Of a DNA stretch of 64,000 nucleotides, positions 10,419 through 20,305 are shown piece after piece (the first letter of the stretch is position 1; every line of letters starts with the position of its first letter). This DNA comes from Flavobacteriales bacterium (GTDB lineage: Bacteria; Bacteroidota; Bacteroidia; Flavobacteriales_G; JALEGO01): NCBI GenBank assembly GCA_020628935.1, contig JAHDEG010000006.1:142986-206985 (forward strand), given 5' to 3'. Both the position numbers and the translations under genes were made by a program. A model generated the notes under the pieces. It was not told where the DNA came from. It was given only the letters and a program-made list of their open reading frames with translations, and did not search any database.

Positions 10419-11140
10419 TTATAATGTCTGTATATTCTAAATAATTCGTAAGGAACTTTTATTATATCGTTTAGTTTTATTTTTGAACCCCCTACCTCTT
10501 GCCATTTTTTTAGTGGATATTCCTCAATTTGTTCTAAAGCTGCTTTTTCTCCGTACAAATTTTTATAACGTAACAAAATCTCAACATCAAACAACCATTT
10601 GCTTATAAATGGTTGTTCGAAAAGAGACTTAACAACAGTAGCATCAAAAACTTTCGCACCACATTGTGAGTCATAAACAGGTAGTTGTGTTACTATTCCT
10701 ATTCCGGTAGCAATTATTCTGCCTCCATAGTGCCGAATTCCATTCCGGTCAATTTTAGCGCCCATTCTTTTTATTCGGGAGCCGAAAACCACAGGTACAT
10801 CTTCAACATGTTTGGCCATTGCTATTAATTCCTCTAGATCAGTTGATAAATCTGCGTCTAAAAATCCTACTTTTTCAAAGCCAAGATCTAATGCATGTAA
10901 CATGCCCTCTCTAACAGCATTGGCCTTTCCTTTATTTACTTCTAGATTGATAAAACTAACGTTTTCAAAATAGCTTGAAAGTGCTTTAAGAATTTCTAAT
11001 GTATTATCCGTACTTCCATCGTTTACAAAAAAAACTGTAACTCCTAAGTTGTTTTTCGAAAAGGCTGAAAAAACTTCTATGTTTAGTCTTTCTCCCTCAT
11101 TGAAACAGGGGACAACTATCGCTAAATTTTTTTTATACAT
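10415..11140 (-). CDS. GT2 dolichyl/polyprenyl-phosphate glycosyltransferase-like
   Basis: VVPCFNE, NDGSTD, NKGKA, DADLST, DSQCGAK, WLFDVE; no TM helices. Confidence 0.88.
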   Translation of the reverse strand: MYKKNLAIVVPCFNEGERLNIEVFSAFSKNNLGVTVFFVNDGSTDNTLEILKALSSYFENVSFINLEVNKGKANAVREGMLHALDLGFEKVGFLDADLSTDLEELIAMAKHVEDVPVVFGSRIKRMGAKIDRNGIRHYGGRIIATGIGIVTQLPVYDSQCGAKVFDATVVKSLFEQPFISKWLFDVEILLRYKNLYGEKAALEQIEEYPLKKWQEVGGSKIKLNDIIKVPYELFRIYRHYN

Positions 11141-11200
11141 TTGATTTCAAAATAATTACGCCACTCAATATTAAAGTAATTTATTGTTTAAAACAGTTTT

Positions 11201-13258
11201 ATGTTGAAAAAAGCATTTTTATCACTAATAATTGTACTTCCCGTTCTAATGGTTTTTATGTCCTTGGACTATTCATCTTCTGGAGATGAAAACATCCAAA
11301 TTAGACAAGCGAAAAACGTTCTAGAATATTTTTACTCGGGAGGAGAAAAAGATGCAGCATTAAAACCAAGAGGAAATAATCCAGATCATTTTTATGGGTC
11401 CTCCTTTGATGTCATTACTCAAGCAGGCATAAGGCTTTTAAACGTGGAAGATTACTACCTTTTTAGGCATGTATTGAACGCTATAACAGGTGCTATAATA
11501 ATAGTATTCATAGGTCTTTTTGGAAGACTCCTAAAAGACAATACAACTGGTATAATCGCTATGATACTAGCTTTTTTAAGCCCTCGGTTATTAGGTCATT
11601 CATTTAATAACCCAAAAGATATACCATTTGCGCTTGGTATTATTATGTCACTCTATTTTATGGCTAAATGGTTGTTAAACTTTAAAGACATAAGCAAAAA
11701 AGACATTCTGTTTTTGATTTTATCTATAGCTTTTACCAACAGCATACGAATAGGTGGAATGTTATTGTACGGCTACCTTGGGTTATTCTTAGCTGTAAAA
11801 GTTTTAACGACTAGTGGGCTAAAAAATATTTTTCAATATAAAAAGCAAATTATTACCGCAATAATTGTTGTTGTTTCTAGTTATTTTTTAGGTCTAATAC
11901 TTTGGCCATTTGGGTTAGTTAACCCGCTGAAAAATCCTTTTGAAGCACTAGCTGGCTTTGAAAAATTTGCAATTGGAATAAGCCAGTTGTTTGAAGGAAA
12001 CTATGTTGATTCTAAAAGCTTACCTAAACATTATCTCACAAAATATATTTTAATAACAACTCCTGTTTTAATTCTCTTAGGATTTATTGTTTTTTTATTT
12101 AAACAAGTAACTGATAAAACCTGGCGAAACAACATAGCGCATTATTTGCTCTTGTTTTCCATCGTTTTTCCACTGGCATATATTGTATACAAAAACTCCA
12201 ATGTTTACGGAGGATGGAGACAGGTTTTGTTTGTTTATCCACCCATTGTGGTTTTAAGTTCACTAGGTATAAGAAGCTTGTTTTCAATTGTGCAAAAAAA
12301 GTTTGAAAACCTAAAATGGTTGCCTTGGGCAGCGCTTTCCATCCTACTAATACATCCAATCAAGCATATAATAAAAAACCACCCTTACGAGTATATATAC
12401 TTTAATGAGGCCTTTGGTGGAGTTGAAAATGCCTATGCTGAATATGAACTTGATTATTATTATCACTCAACTAGAGAAGGAGCTTTATGGTTGAAAAATC
12501 ATATTAAATCCACTATTAATGAGAATGATACTATACAAACAATGTCTAATCACAGTGATTACAATTACTACTTAAAAGATGATCCTCAAATAAGAACAGG
12601 CTACTCTCGGTATTACGATAGATATCAACATGATTGGGAATATTATGTCAGCATTAATAATTATATAAATCCCCACCAACTAAAATATAATCACTGGCCA
12701 CCAAAAGGCACCATTCACACCATTGATGTTGATGGTAAACCAATTTGTGCGATTATAAAGAGACCTTCTAAAAACGATTATGAAGGATACAAAATGCTCA
12801 AAAAAAACAAGTTTAATTTAGCGTTACCTTACTTTTTAGATTATTTGAAAGTTGATCCAACAAATTGTTCTGTACTAGCGGCAACAGCAAATGCTTGCAT
12901 TGGGTTAGGAAGAAACGATGAAGCAATAAAGTACGCTAAAACATCATTAAAATACTATAAAAATTATCCTACTGGTTTAGATATGCTAGGAAGAGCCTAT
13001 TTGAATAAAAGACAATTTGACAACGCTATTAGCACTTACAACACGTTGGCCAAAAGTAAACCAAATTATTTTTTAGCTTACTACTTTCAATCTATCTGTT
13101 ATTTCAATAAAAAAGATTACAAAACAGCACTACAAAAAGCTCAATTATGTCTTAGATATAAAGGTGATTTTAAACCCATGTTTAAAGTTGTGGGACAAAT
13201 AAAAGAAGCACAAGGAGATATTAAAGGTGCACAACAGTTCTATGCTAAAGCTAAATAA
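11201..13258 (+). CDS. GT-C fold membrane glycosyltransferase (PMT/ArnT-like) with C-terminal TPR domain
   Basis: DE motif after TM1 (SSSGDE), GHSFNNPKDIPF, ~10-11 hydrophobic helices and TPR-like repeats in the last ~160 aa. Confidence 0.75.
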   Translation: MLKKAFLSLIIVLPVLMVFMSLDYSSSGDENIQIRQAKNVLEYFYSGGEKDAALKPRGNNPDHFYGSSFDVITQAGIRLLNVEDYYLFRHVLNAITGAIIIVFIGLFGRLLKDNTTGIIAMILAFLSPRLLGHSFNNPKDIPFALGIIMSLYFMAKWLLNFKDISKKDILFLILSIAFTNSIRIGGMLLYGYLGLFLAVKVLTTSGLKNIFQYKKQIITAIIVVVSSYFLGLILWPFGLVNPLKNPFEALAGFEKFAIGISQLFEGNYVDSKSLPKHYLTKYILITTPVLILLGFIVFLFKQVTDKTWRNNIAHYLLLFSIVFPLAYIVYKNSNVYGGWRQVLFVYPPIVVLSSLGIRSLFSIVQKKFENLKWLPWAALSILLIHPIKHIIKNHPYEYIYFNEAFGGVENAYAEYELDYYYHSTREGALWLKNHIKSTINENDTIQTMSNHSDYNYYLKDDPQIRTGYSRYYDRYQHDWEYYVSINNYINPHQLKYNHWPPKGTIHTIDVDGKPICAIIKRPSKNDYEGYKMLKKNKFNLALPYFLDYLKVDPTNCSVLAATANACIGLGRNDEAIKYAKTSLKYYKNYPTGLDMLGRAYLNKRQFDNAISTYNTLAKSKPNYFLAYYFQSICYFNKKDYKTALQKAQLCLRYKGDFKPMFKVVGQIKEAQGDIKGAQQFYAKAK

Positions 13259-13313
13259 TAAATTTACTGTATATAACTTTTAGGAGCTAGTACAATATTT
13301 GTATTTTTAGAGC

Positions 13314-14282
13314 ATGTCTAGAGTTTTAACAGGAGTTCAGAGTACTGGAAACCCACACTTAGGTAATGTTTTAGGGGCCATTCTACCAGCAATTGAAATG
13401 GCTAACCAAGGCAATAATGAAGCTTTATTTTTTATAGCCAATCTACATACGTTTACAACTTTAAAAGATGCCGAAAAAATAAAACAAAACACTTATTCAA
13501 CTGCTGCTGCATGGCTTGCATTGGGTTTTGATCATAAAAAACATGTTTTTTATCGTCAATCAGATATACCTCAGGTGTGTGAGTTAACCTGGTATTTAAG
13601 TTGTTTTACACCATTTCCAATGTTGGCAAATGCGCACTCTTTTAAAGATAAATCAGATCGTTTGTCAGATGTTAATGCAGGCTTATTTACCTATCCGGTT
13701 TTAATGGCGGCAGATATTTTATTGTACGATGCAGAAATAGTTCCGGTAGGAAAAGATCAAAAGCAACACCTAGAAATAACTAGAGACATCGCAACTGGTT
13801 TTAACAATACATATGGAGGAACATTGATTGTTCCTGAATCTAAAATAAGAGAAGATGTAATGCTTATACCAGGTACAGATGGTAAAAAAATGAGTAAATC
13901 GTATCAAAATGTTATCGATATATTTTTACCAGAAAAGCAGTTAAAAAAACAAGTAATGAGTGTTATTACAGATAGTACTCCGCTTGAAGAACCTAAAAAC
14001 CCAGAAACATGTAATGTATTTGCTATTTATAAATTGTTGGCAACTACAGAACAAACACAAGCACTTGAAGCTAAATATAAGGTGGGAAACTTTGGTTATG
14101 GTCATGCTAAAAAAGAGTTATTACAACTTATTTTAGATACATTCAGTGAAGCAAGAAAAAACTATAATTACTGGATGGAAAACACAGATAAATTAGAAGA
14201 TATTTTACAAGAAGGAGCAAAAAAAGCAAAAGAAATTGCTTTGCCGGTTTTGAGTAGAGTTCGTGAAAAAATGGGATTATAA
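13314..14282 (+). CDS. trpS: Tryptophan--tRNA ligase
   Basis: HLGN (HIGH), YPVLMAADIL, VPVGKDQKQH, KMSKS. Confidence 0.98.
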   Translation: MSRVLTGVQSTGNPHLGNVLGAILPAIEMANQGNNEALFFIANLHTFTTLKDAEKIKQNTYSTAAAWLALGFDHKKHVFYRQSDIPQVCELTWYLSCFTPFPMLANAHSFKDKSDRLSDVNAGLFTYPVLMAADILLYDAEIVPVGKDQKQHLEITRDIATGFNNTYGGTLIVPESKIREDVMLIPGTDGKKMSKSYQNVIDIFLPEKQLKKQVMSVITDSTPLEEPKNPETCNVFAIYKLLATTEQTQALEAKYKVGNFGYGHAKKELLQLILDTFSEARKNYNYWMENTDKLEDILQEGAKKAKEIALPVLSRVREKMGL

Positions 14283-14285
14283 ATC

Positions 14286-16334
14286 ATGAAGTTAGATAAT
14301 TACGTATTAGGAAAATGGATTTCGGGAGATGGCAATGGCCAGGCTCTTTATAATTCGGTGTCGGGTAAACAAATTGCAACTGCTACTACAAGTGGTTTAG
14401 ATTTTGGTGATATTTTACAATATGGGCGTAAGCAAGGTGGGCCAGCACTAAGAAAAATGACTTTTCACGAACGTGGAAGGATGCTTAAGGCATTAGCACT
14501 GTATTTACACAGTAAAAAAGAAGAGTTTTACCCATTAAGTTATGCTACAGGAGCAACACGAGTTGATTCTTGGATTGATATTGAAGGGGGTATAGGAAAC
14601 CTTTTTGCTTATGCAAGCCTTAGAAAACAGTTTCCGAACGAAACTTATTATGTAGATGGAGAAGCTGCTTCTTTATCAAAGGGTGGGAGTTTTATTGGTC
14701 ATCATATAATGGTACCTAAAGAAGGTATTGCTGTTCATATTAATGCATACAACTTTCCTATTTGGGGGATGTTAGAAAAAATAGCTGTAAACATTTTAGC
14801 GGGTGTTCCTGCGCTTGTTAAGCCAGCTACGGTGACATCCTTCCTAACCGAAAAAATGGTCAAAGAAATTATTGCTTCTAATATTTTACCTGAAGGATCT
14901 TTACAATTAATTTGTGGTTCTGCAAGAGGTGTTTTAGATCATGTAACCTCACAAGATGTAGTTACTTTCACGGGTTCTGCTAGTACAGGAATGGCACTAA
15001 AAGCACATGACCGTGTAATTAAAGAAGCGGTTCCTTTTAATATGGAAGCAGATTCATTAAACAGTTCTGTGCTTGGTTTAGATGCGAAACCCGGAACCTC
15101 AGAGTTTGACCTTTTCATAAAAGAAGTAACCAAAGAAATAACTGTTAAGTGTGGACAAAAATGTACAGCAATTAGACGAATACTCGTGCCAGAAAATCTT
15201 TTAGAAGATGTTCAAATTGCATTGGGTAAACGTTTAGAAAAAACAGTAATTGGCAACCCAGAAACAGAAGGGGTTCGAATGGGGGCTTTGGCAGGAAAAT
15301 CACAATTAGAGGATGTAAAAGTAAAAATTCAAGAGCTGCTTAAAGCCTCTGAAATTGTTTACGGTACCCTAGATCTAGTTAATGTGAAAGGTGCTGATGC
15401 CAATAAAGGTTCTTTCATGTCTCCGGTCCTACTTAGAAACGATGATCCTTTCAATAAAACAGAAACACATACAGTTGAAGCATTCGGACCAGTAAGTACC
15501 TTAATCCCTTATTCTACAACTGAAGAGGCGGTAGAAATAACTAAAATGGGTAAAGGCTCACTTTGTTGCTCTATTGTAACCAATGATAAAAAAATCGCAA
15601 GAGACTTTGTCTTAAATGCTGCAACACATCACGGCCGTATTTTAGTATTGAATGAAGAATGTGCTAAAGAAAGTACAGGTCATGGCTCCCCAATGCCAAT
15701 GCTTGTTCATGGCGGACCAGGTAGAGCTGGTGGTGGTGAAGAAATGGGAGGAAAAAGAGGCGTAATGCATTATTTACAACGTACCGCTGTTCAAGGTTCT
15801 CCTACCATGATGACAGCCGTAACTAATGTTTTCCAGTATGGAGCTGAACAACCAGAACCAGTAAAACATCCTTTCCAAAAACACTTTGAAGAATTAAATG
15901 TAGGTGAAACTTATATTACACACAAGCATACGGTAACCGATGCAGATATTGTAAACTTTGCTAATGTTAGTGGGGATAATTTTTATGCTCATGTTGATGC
16001 AACTTCTTTAGACGGAACTATTTTTGAAGGAAAAGTTGCTCATGGTTACTACATATTATCTAAAGCAGCTGGTATGTTTGTTGACCCAAGAAAAGGACCT
16101 GTTTTATTAAACTATGGTTTAGATGAAGCTCGTTTTACCAAACCTGTATACCCTGGAATGACAATTGGGGTTAAACTAACGGTTAAGGAAAAAGTAGATC
16201 AAGAAAAAAGATCTGAAGACGATATTGCTAAAGGTATTGTTAAATTTATGGTGGATGTTTATGATGAAACCGGAGAAACCGTAGCTTTAGCAACCATATT
16301 AACTATGGTTAAAAAAATAGATCAAAGTAGTTAA
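14286..16334 (+). CDS. paaZ: Phenylacetate degradation bifunctional protein PaaZ (aldehyde dehydrogenase + MaoC hydratase)
   Basis: HINAYNFP, MEADSLN, GQKCTAIRR, HGGPGRAGGGEE and a MaoC domain with GDNFYAH. Confidence 0.95.
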   Translation: MKLDNYVLGKWISGDGNGQALYNSVSGKQIATATTSGLDFGDILQYGRKQGGPALRKMTFHERGRMLKALALYLHSKKEEFYPLSYATGATRVDSWIDIEGGIGNLFAYASLRKQFPNETYYVDGEAASLSKGGSFIGHHIMVPKEGIAVHINAYNFPIWGMLEKIAVNILAGVPALVKPATVTSFLTEKMVKEIIASNILPEGSLQLICGSARGVLDHVTSQDVVTFTGSASTGMALKAHDRVIKEAVPFNMEADSLNSSVLGLDAKPGTSEFDLFIKEVTKEITVKCGQKCTAIRRILVPENLLEDVQIALGKRLEKTVIGNPETEGVRMGALAGKSQLEDVKVKIQELLKASEIVYGTLDLVNVKGADANKGSFMSPVLLRNDDPFNKTETHTVEAFGPVSTLIPYSTTEEAVEITKMGKGSLCCSIVTNDKKIARDFVLNAATHHGRILVLNEECAKESTGHGSPMPMLVHGGPGRAGGGEEMGGKRGVMHYLQRTAVQGSPTMMTAVTNVFQYGAEQPEPVKHPFQKHFEELNVGETYITHKHTVTDADIVNFANVSGDNFYAHVDATSLDGTIFEGKVAHGYYILSKAAGMFVDPRKGPVLLNYGLDEARFTKPVYPGMTIGVKLTVKEKVDQEKRSEDDIAKGIVKFMVDVYDETGETVALATILTMVKKIDQSS

Positions 16335-16338
16335 AACC

Positions 16339-17604
16339 CTACTTTGATCTATAAAATTCGCGAATTATTGCACCAAAATTATAACTGTCCTCAAAAGAGT
16401 TATATAAAGGTGCGGGTGCAATTCTAATAACATTTGGCTCTCTCCAATCAGCTATAACTCCGTTTTTAGTTAAGTAATCAAACAGTTGCTTACCTTCCGT
16501 TTCTATGTAGAGAGATAACTGACTGCCTCGCTCTTGAACTTTTGTAGGCGTAAGTATTCTAATAGCATTTTTAGGGGAAGATTCGTTTATTACAAACTCC
16601 GTATAAGCCGTTAACACATCTCTTTTTGCAAAAATATTTTTAATGCCTGCTTCCTTTACTATATTAAGAGCAGCTCTGTGTGCTACCATATTAAACACTG
16701 GTGCATTACTTTGTTGCCATGCTTCAGCACTTGCTATAGGTACAAACTCGTTTTTCATTTCAAATCGAGATGATTTTTCATGACCCCACCAACCGTTGAA
16801 CCGTTGAATTTTATCATTGTTGTGATGTTTTTTGTGAATATATACTCCAGAAACTGCACCTGGGCCAGAATTTAAATATTTATATGAACACCAAGCAGCA
16901 AAATCAACCTCCCAATTATGTAAATTTAAATCTACATTTCCAGCTGCATGCGCTAAATCAAAACCAACAGTTATACCGTGTTTTTTTGCTTCTTTAGTAA
17001 TTCTCTGCATATTAAAACGCTGACCGGTGTAATAATTTACTCCTCCAATAAGCACTAAGGCTAATTCATCTTTGTTTTTTTGTATTGCTTCAATAATATT
17101 ATCATCAGAAACCACCCCGTTTTCATTAGCCGCAACCTCAACAATTCCATCCTTAGAAAAACCATGAAATTTTAACTGTGACTCGAACACAAAATAATCG
17201 GAAGGAAATGGTTTCTGCTCACACAATATTTTGAACTTTTTAGGGGTAGGATTGTAAAAACTCACCATTAACAAATGAAGGTTGGTAGTTAACGTATTCA
17301 TAACCACAATTTCTTCTTTTTTAGCACCCACAATATCGGTTAACAATTCTGAAAATGGCTCATGATAACTCACCCAAGGGTTTTTAGCATCAAAATGCCC
17401 TTCCACACCATACTTAGCCCAATCGCTTAACTCTTGTTCAAATAACTCTCTTGCGCTTTTGGGCATTAAACCTAATGAGTTTCCTGTGAAGTAAATACAA
17501 TTATTTCCTTTGTGCTGAGGGAAAAGAAATTCATCTCTAAATTTCTTTAAACGATCCTTATTATCTAACGCTTTTGCAAATTCAATACCGCTTTCAAAGT
17601 TCAT
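16339..17604 (-). CDS. kynU: Kynureninase
   Basis: YFTGNSLGL, FDLAHAAGN, WCSYKYLNSGPG (PLP lysine), DWREP. ATG at 17604; alternative TTG at 17613. Confidence 0.96.
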   Translation of the reverse strand: MNFESGIEFAKALDNKDRLKKFRDEFLFPQHKGNNCIYFTGNSLGLMPKSARELFEQELSDWAKYGVEGHFDAKNPWVSYHEPFSELLTDIVGAKKEEIVVMNTLTTNLHLLMVSFYNPTPKKFKILCEQKPFPSDYFVFESQLKFHGFSKDGIVEVAANENGVVSDDNIIEAIQKNKDELALVLIGGVNYYTGQRFNMQRITKEAKKHGITVGFDLAHAAGNVDLNLHNWEVDFAAWCSYKYLNSGPGAVSGVYIHKKHHNNDKIQRFNGWWGHEKSSRFEMKNEFVPIASAEAWQQSNAPVFNMVAHRAALNIVKEAGIKNIFAKRDVLTAYTEFVINESSPKNAIRILTPTKVQERGSQLSLYIETEGKQLFDYLTKNGVIADWREPNVIRIAPAPLYNSFEDSYNFGAIIREFYRSK

Positions 17605-17624
17605 ATTATTCAATATTATTACTA

Positions 17625-17632
17625 CAAACCTA
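17625..17632 (-). promoter_or_regulatory. -7 promoter element (TAGGTTTG) for kynU
   Basis: Exact TAnnTTTG match just upstream of the kynU start. Confidence 0.5.
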
Positions 17633-17694
17633 ATAAACTAATCGACTTTTGTTAATACTACTACACTAATTCTGTTTATTCCGACTAAAAACAA

Positions 17695-17702
17695 TATTTT
17701 TG
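17695..17702 (+). promoter_or_regulatory. -7 promoter element (TATTTTTG), possibly giving a leaderless mRNA
   Basis: TAnnTTTG ends 4 nt before the ATG at 17707. Confidence 0.45.
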
Positions 17703-17706
17703 AAGC

Positions 17707-19443
17707 ATGCTTCAAAGGTTTTTAATAATTACAATTTTGAGTTGTGCAATTTTAAGTTGTTCAACTACCAAAGAAGAGCCTTCTAGTGAAGTTCCTGAAA
17801 AGCAATACAAAGAAATTACAAAATTAGATAACGGTAAAAATAAGGGGGGAGTTCTTCGGTTAAATGAAACGGGTAATTTTACTAGCCTGTTCCCGCTACA
17901 TTTAAATAATAGCGAAGCAATACGAATTGCGGGCCAAATGTACCAAGGATTAGTTAAACTAAACGAAAAAACTCTTAAGGCAGAACCTTGTTTAGCTAAA
18001 AAATGGACCATTAGTGAGGATGGAAAAACGTATACTTTTATACTAAATAATAACATAAAATTTCACGACAATGAGGTTTTTAAAAAGGGAAAGGGTAGAA
18101 CGTTAAATGCTTACGACATTGCCTTTGCCTATAAAAACATTTGCACCAAACTTTACAACAATAAAATGTTTTGGCTTTTCGAAAACAACCTGAAAGGAGC
18201 AAAGGCATTTTATAAAAAAACGGAAGGAAAATCAGATATTAAGCACTTAGAAATGGAAGGCATTAAAGTAATTAATGACACCACTCTAGTACTAGAATTA
18301 ATTAATGGTAATTCAAGCTTTTTAAATGTATTAGCACACCCAGGCTGTTGGGTTTATCCAAAAGAGCTCCTTAGGTTACCTCCAAATAGTAGGCGGTTAG
18401 CTTGCATTGGTACTGGTCCGTTTAAAATTAAATCGTTCGATTTAAATTCTTTTTGTGAGTTAGTTCCTAACGAACATTACTGGAAATCAGATGCAGAAGG
18501 TAATCAACTACCCTATTTGTCAAGTGTTAAAATATTTTTCTTAGATGATAAAAAAAGAGAACTAAACATGTTTAAGCAAGGTAAGCTTGATTTGGTGTAT
18601 AACCTGCCCTTAAAATTATTGAAAAAAGCCTTTTTTGAACTAGAAGATGCTATTGAAGGTCAAAATATTCCTTCAGAAGTACAAGTGTTTAACTCTACAG
18701 TGACTCAGTTTTATGGTTTTAATCATAATGACCCAATATTTAAAAATAAGTTTGTACGATTAGCTTTTAACAATGCCATTGATAGGTCTGAAATCTCAAA
18801 ATATGTTTTACTTGGCGATGCAAAACCTGCGAGTTATGGTATTATCCCGCCTATATTTAGTGACTACCCTTATGAAAGTGTAGAAGGATATAATTTTGAC
18901 CCCGAACTTGCAAAAAACTATTTAGAATTAGCAGGTTATAAAAACGGTGTTGGATTTCCTGAAGTTACCCTTAATATTAGTTCGGAAGGAAAAAGTTCAG
19001 GGCTAATAGCAGGTAATATCGCTAAAATGTTAAACGAAGTGCTTGGTATTAAAGTTAACTTAAAATCAACTCCTGAAATAACGTTAAATCAAGAAGTGAA
19101 TTCTAAAAAACTGTCCGTTTGGCAGGCGAATTGGAATGTTAAGTATCCAGATCCGCTAAACTATTTAAAGGAATTATATAGTGCATCGCCAACAGACACT
19201 ACAAATCCTTATGGGTTTAATAACTCACAATTCAACTTATTAATTGAGCAAGCATTAAAAAAATTAAATACAGAACAAAGAAATATGTTGTTGACACAGG
19301 CTGAGCAAATAGCCATTAATGAAGGAGCGTTAATGCCTATATATTATGATGAAATTACTCGGTTAATGAGTAAGAGAGTAAGTGATTTTCCTGAAGGTGC
19401 GCTTGAGTATTATGACCTGTCTGAGGTCTATCTGCAATATTAG
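17707..19443 (+). CDS. ABC transporter substrate-binding lipoprotein, family 5 (OppA/DppA-like)
   Basis: Lipobox ILSC; PCLAKKWTISEDGKTYTF, IGTGPF, VRLAFNNAIDR. Confidence 0.9.
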   Translation: MLQRFLIITILSCAILSCSTTKEEPSSEVPEKQYKEITKLDNGKNKGGVLRLNETGNFTSLFPLHLNNSEAIRIAGQMYQGLVKLNEKTLKAEPCLAKKWTISEDGKTYTFILNNNIKFHDNEVFKKGKGRTLNAYDIAFAYKNICTKLYNNKMFWLFENNLKGAKAFYKKTEGKSDIKHLEMEGIKVINDTTLVLELINGNSSFLNVLAHPGCWVYPKELLRLPPNSRRLACIGTGPFKIKSFDLNSFCELVPNEHYWKSDAEGNQLPYLSSVKIFFLDDKKRELNMFKQGKLDLVYNLPLKLLKKAFFELEDAIEGQNIPSEVQVFNSTVTQFYGFNHNDPIFKNKFVRLAFNNAIDRSEISKYVLLGDAKPASYGIIPPIFSDYPYESVEGYNFDPELAKNYLELAGYKNGVGFPEVTLNISSEGKSSGLIAGNIAKMLNEVLGIKVNLKSTPEITLNQEVNSKKLSVWQANWNVKYPDPLNYLKELYSASPTDTTNPYGFNNSQFNLLIEQALKKLNTEQRNMLLTQAEQIAINEGALMPIYYDEITRLMSKRVSDFPEGALEYYDLSEVYLQY

Positions 19444-19444
19444 T

Positions 19445-20155
19445 TTAATATTTACTACCAAATAAGTAATTCATTAAAACACCTTTCGCAAGTGGTAAAA
19501 ATGTAGCGTAAGTAGGTAATAATATTTTAGATTCTACCACATATGTTGCCGGAAAAGGTAAAGCAGACTTATTATTCTTAGTTAACGTATATTTAATGTT
19601 ATGATACGTGTTTTCGATCCCACTCCTAACCTGAAATACATCAATAACAGTAGTTTTAAAATTAGCAGTGATAGAATTTGATGGTGTGAATAAGTGCATT
19701 TCATATTTAAAAGCGTACACCAACTGTTTTGAATTATTTCTTAATAATAAATAGCCTTCTTTGGTGAATGCGGGTTCTATACCAACAGGAAATATTTGCA
19801 TTCCGCTTGAATAATTTTCTTGTAAGCTTTTTCCTTTAAATAATACTTTTTTCAGCTTCGGGTATGAAAAATCTATTACTTGTTTAACCTCATCTATACT
19901 CTTGTTATTACTATTTTCATCCATACTATAAATCCAACCTTTTTTTAGGTCTAGCTTAATTGGAACTTTCTTTTTATGAGTGTCTATGTTTTGTAAAGCA
20001 AGTTTAAGTGCCAAAATTTTATCATAGTTAATTTGTAAGTTTTTCATTACTGGCTGCAACTTTCTATGATTAAAAAACTGGTTGGATCTTTGCAACAATG
20101 CTAAGAGCGCGTACCGGTTATACTCAAAATCAATATTATTATTAAGTAACTGCAT
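19445..20155 (-). CDS. Hypothetical protein (Bacteroidota-type)
   Basis: 236-aa ORF with IDFEY..YALLA and PVGI.P....EGY segments; function unknown. Confidence 0.7.
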   Translation of the reverse strand: MQLLNNNIDFEYNRYALLALLQRSNQFFNHRKLQPVMKNLQINYDKILALKLALQNIDTHKKKVPIKLDLKKGWIYSMDENSNNKSIDEVKQVIDFSYPKLKKVLFKGKSLQENYSSGMQIFPVGIEPAFTKEGYLLLRNNSKQLVYAFKYEMHLFTPSNSITANFKTTVIDVFQVRSGIENTYHNIKYTLTKNNKSALPFPATYVVESKILLPTYATFLPLAKGVLMNYLFGSKY

Positions 20156-20263
20156 AATTATTAAAATTAAAGCGTTGTTTAAACAGTTTGTTAATATAAA
20201 ATACAGAATTTTAATCTAAAAAAATAATGTTGCACCGCTTACTCACTTAAATAAAAGAAGTTT

Positions 20264-20271
20264 TAACTTTG
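20264..20271 (+). promoter_or_regulatory. -7 promoter element (TAACTTTG)
   Basis: Exact TAnnTTTG match upstream of the OmpA/MotB gene. Confidence 0.45.
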
Positions 20272-20305
20272 ATAATTAGTTTATATTAGGTTTAAAATTA
20301 TCACC

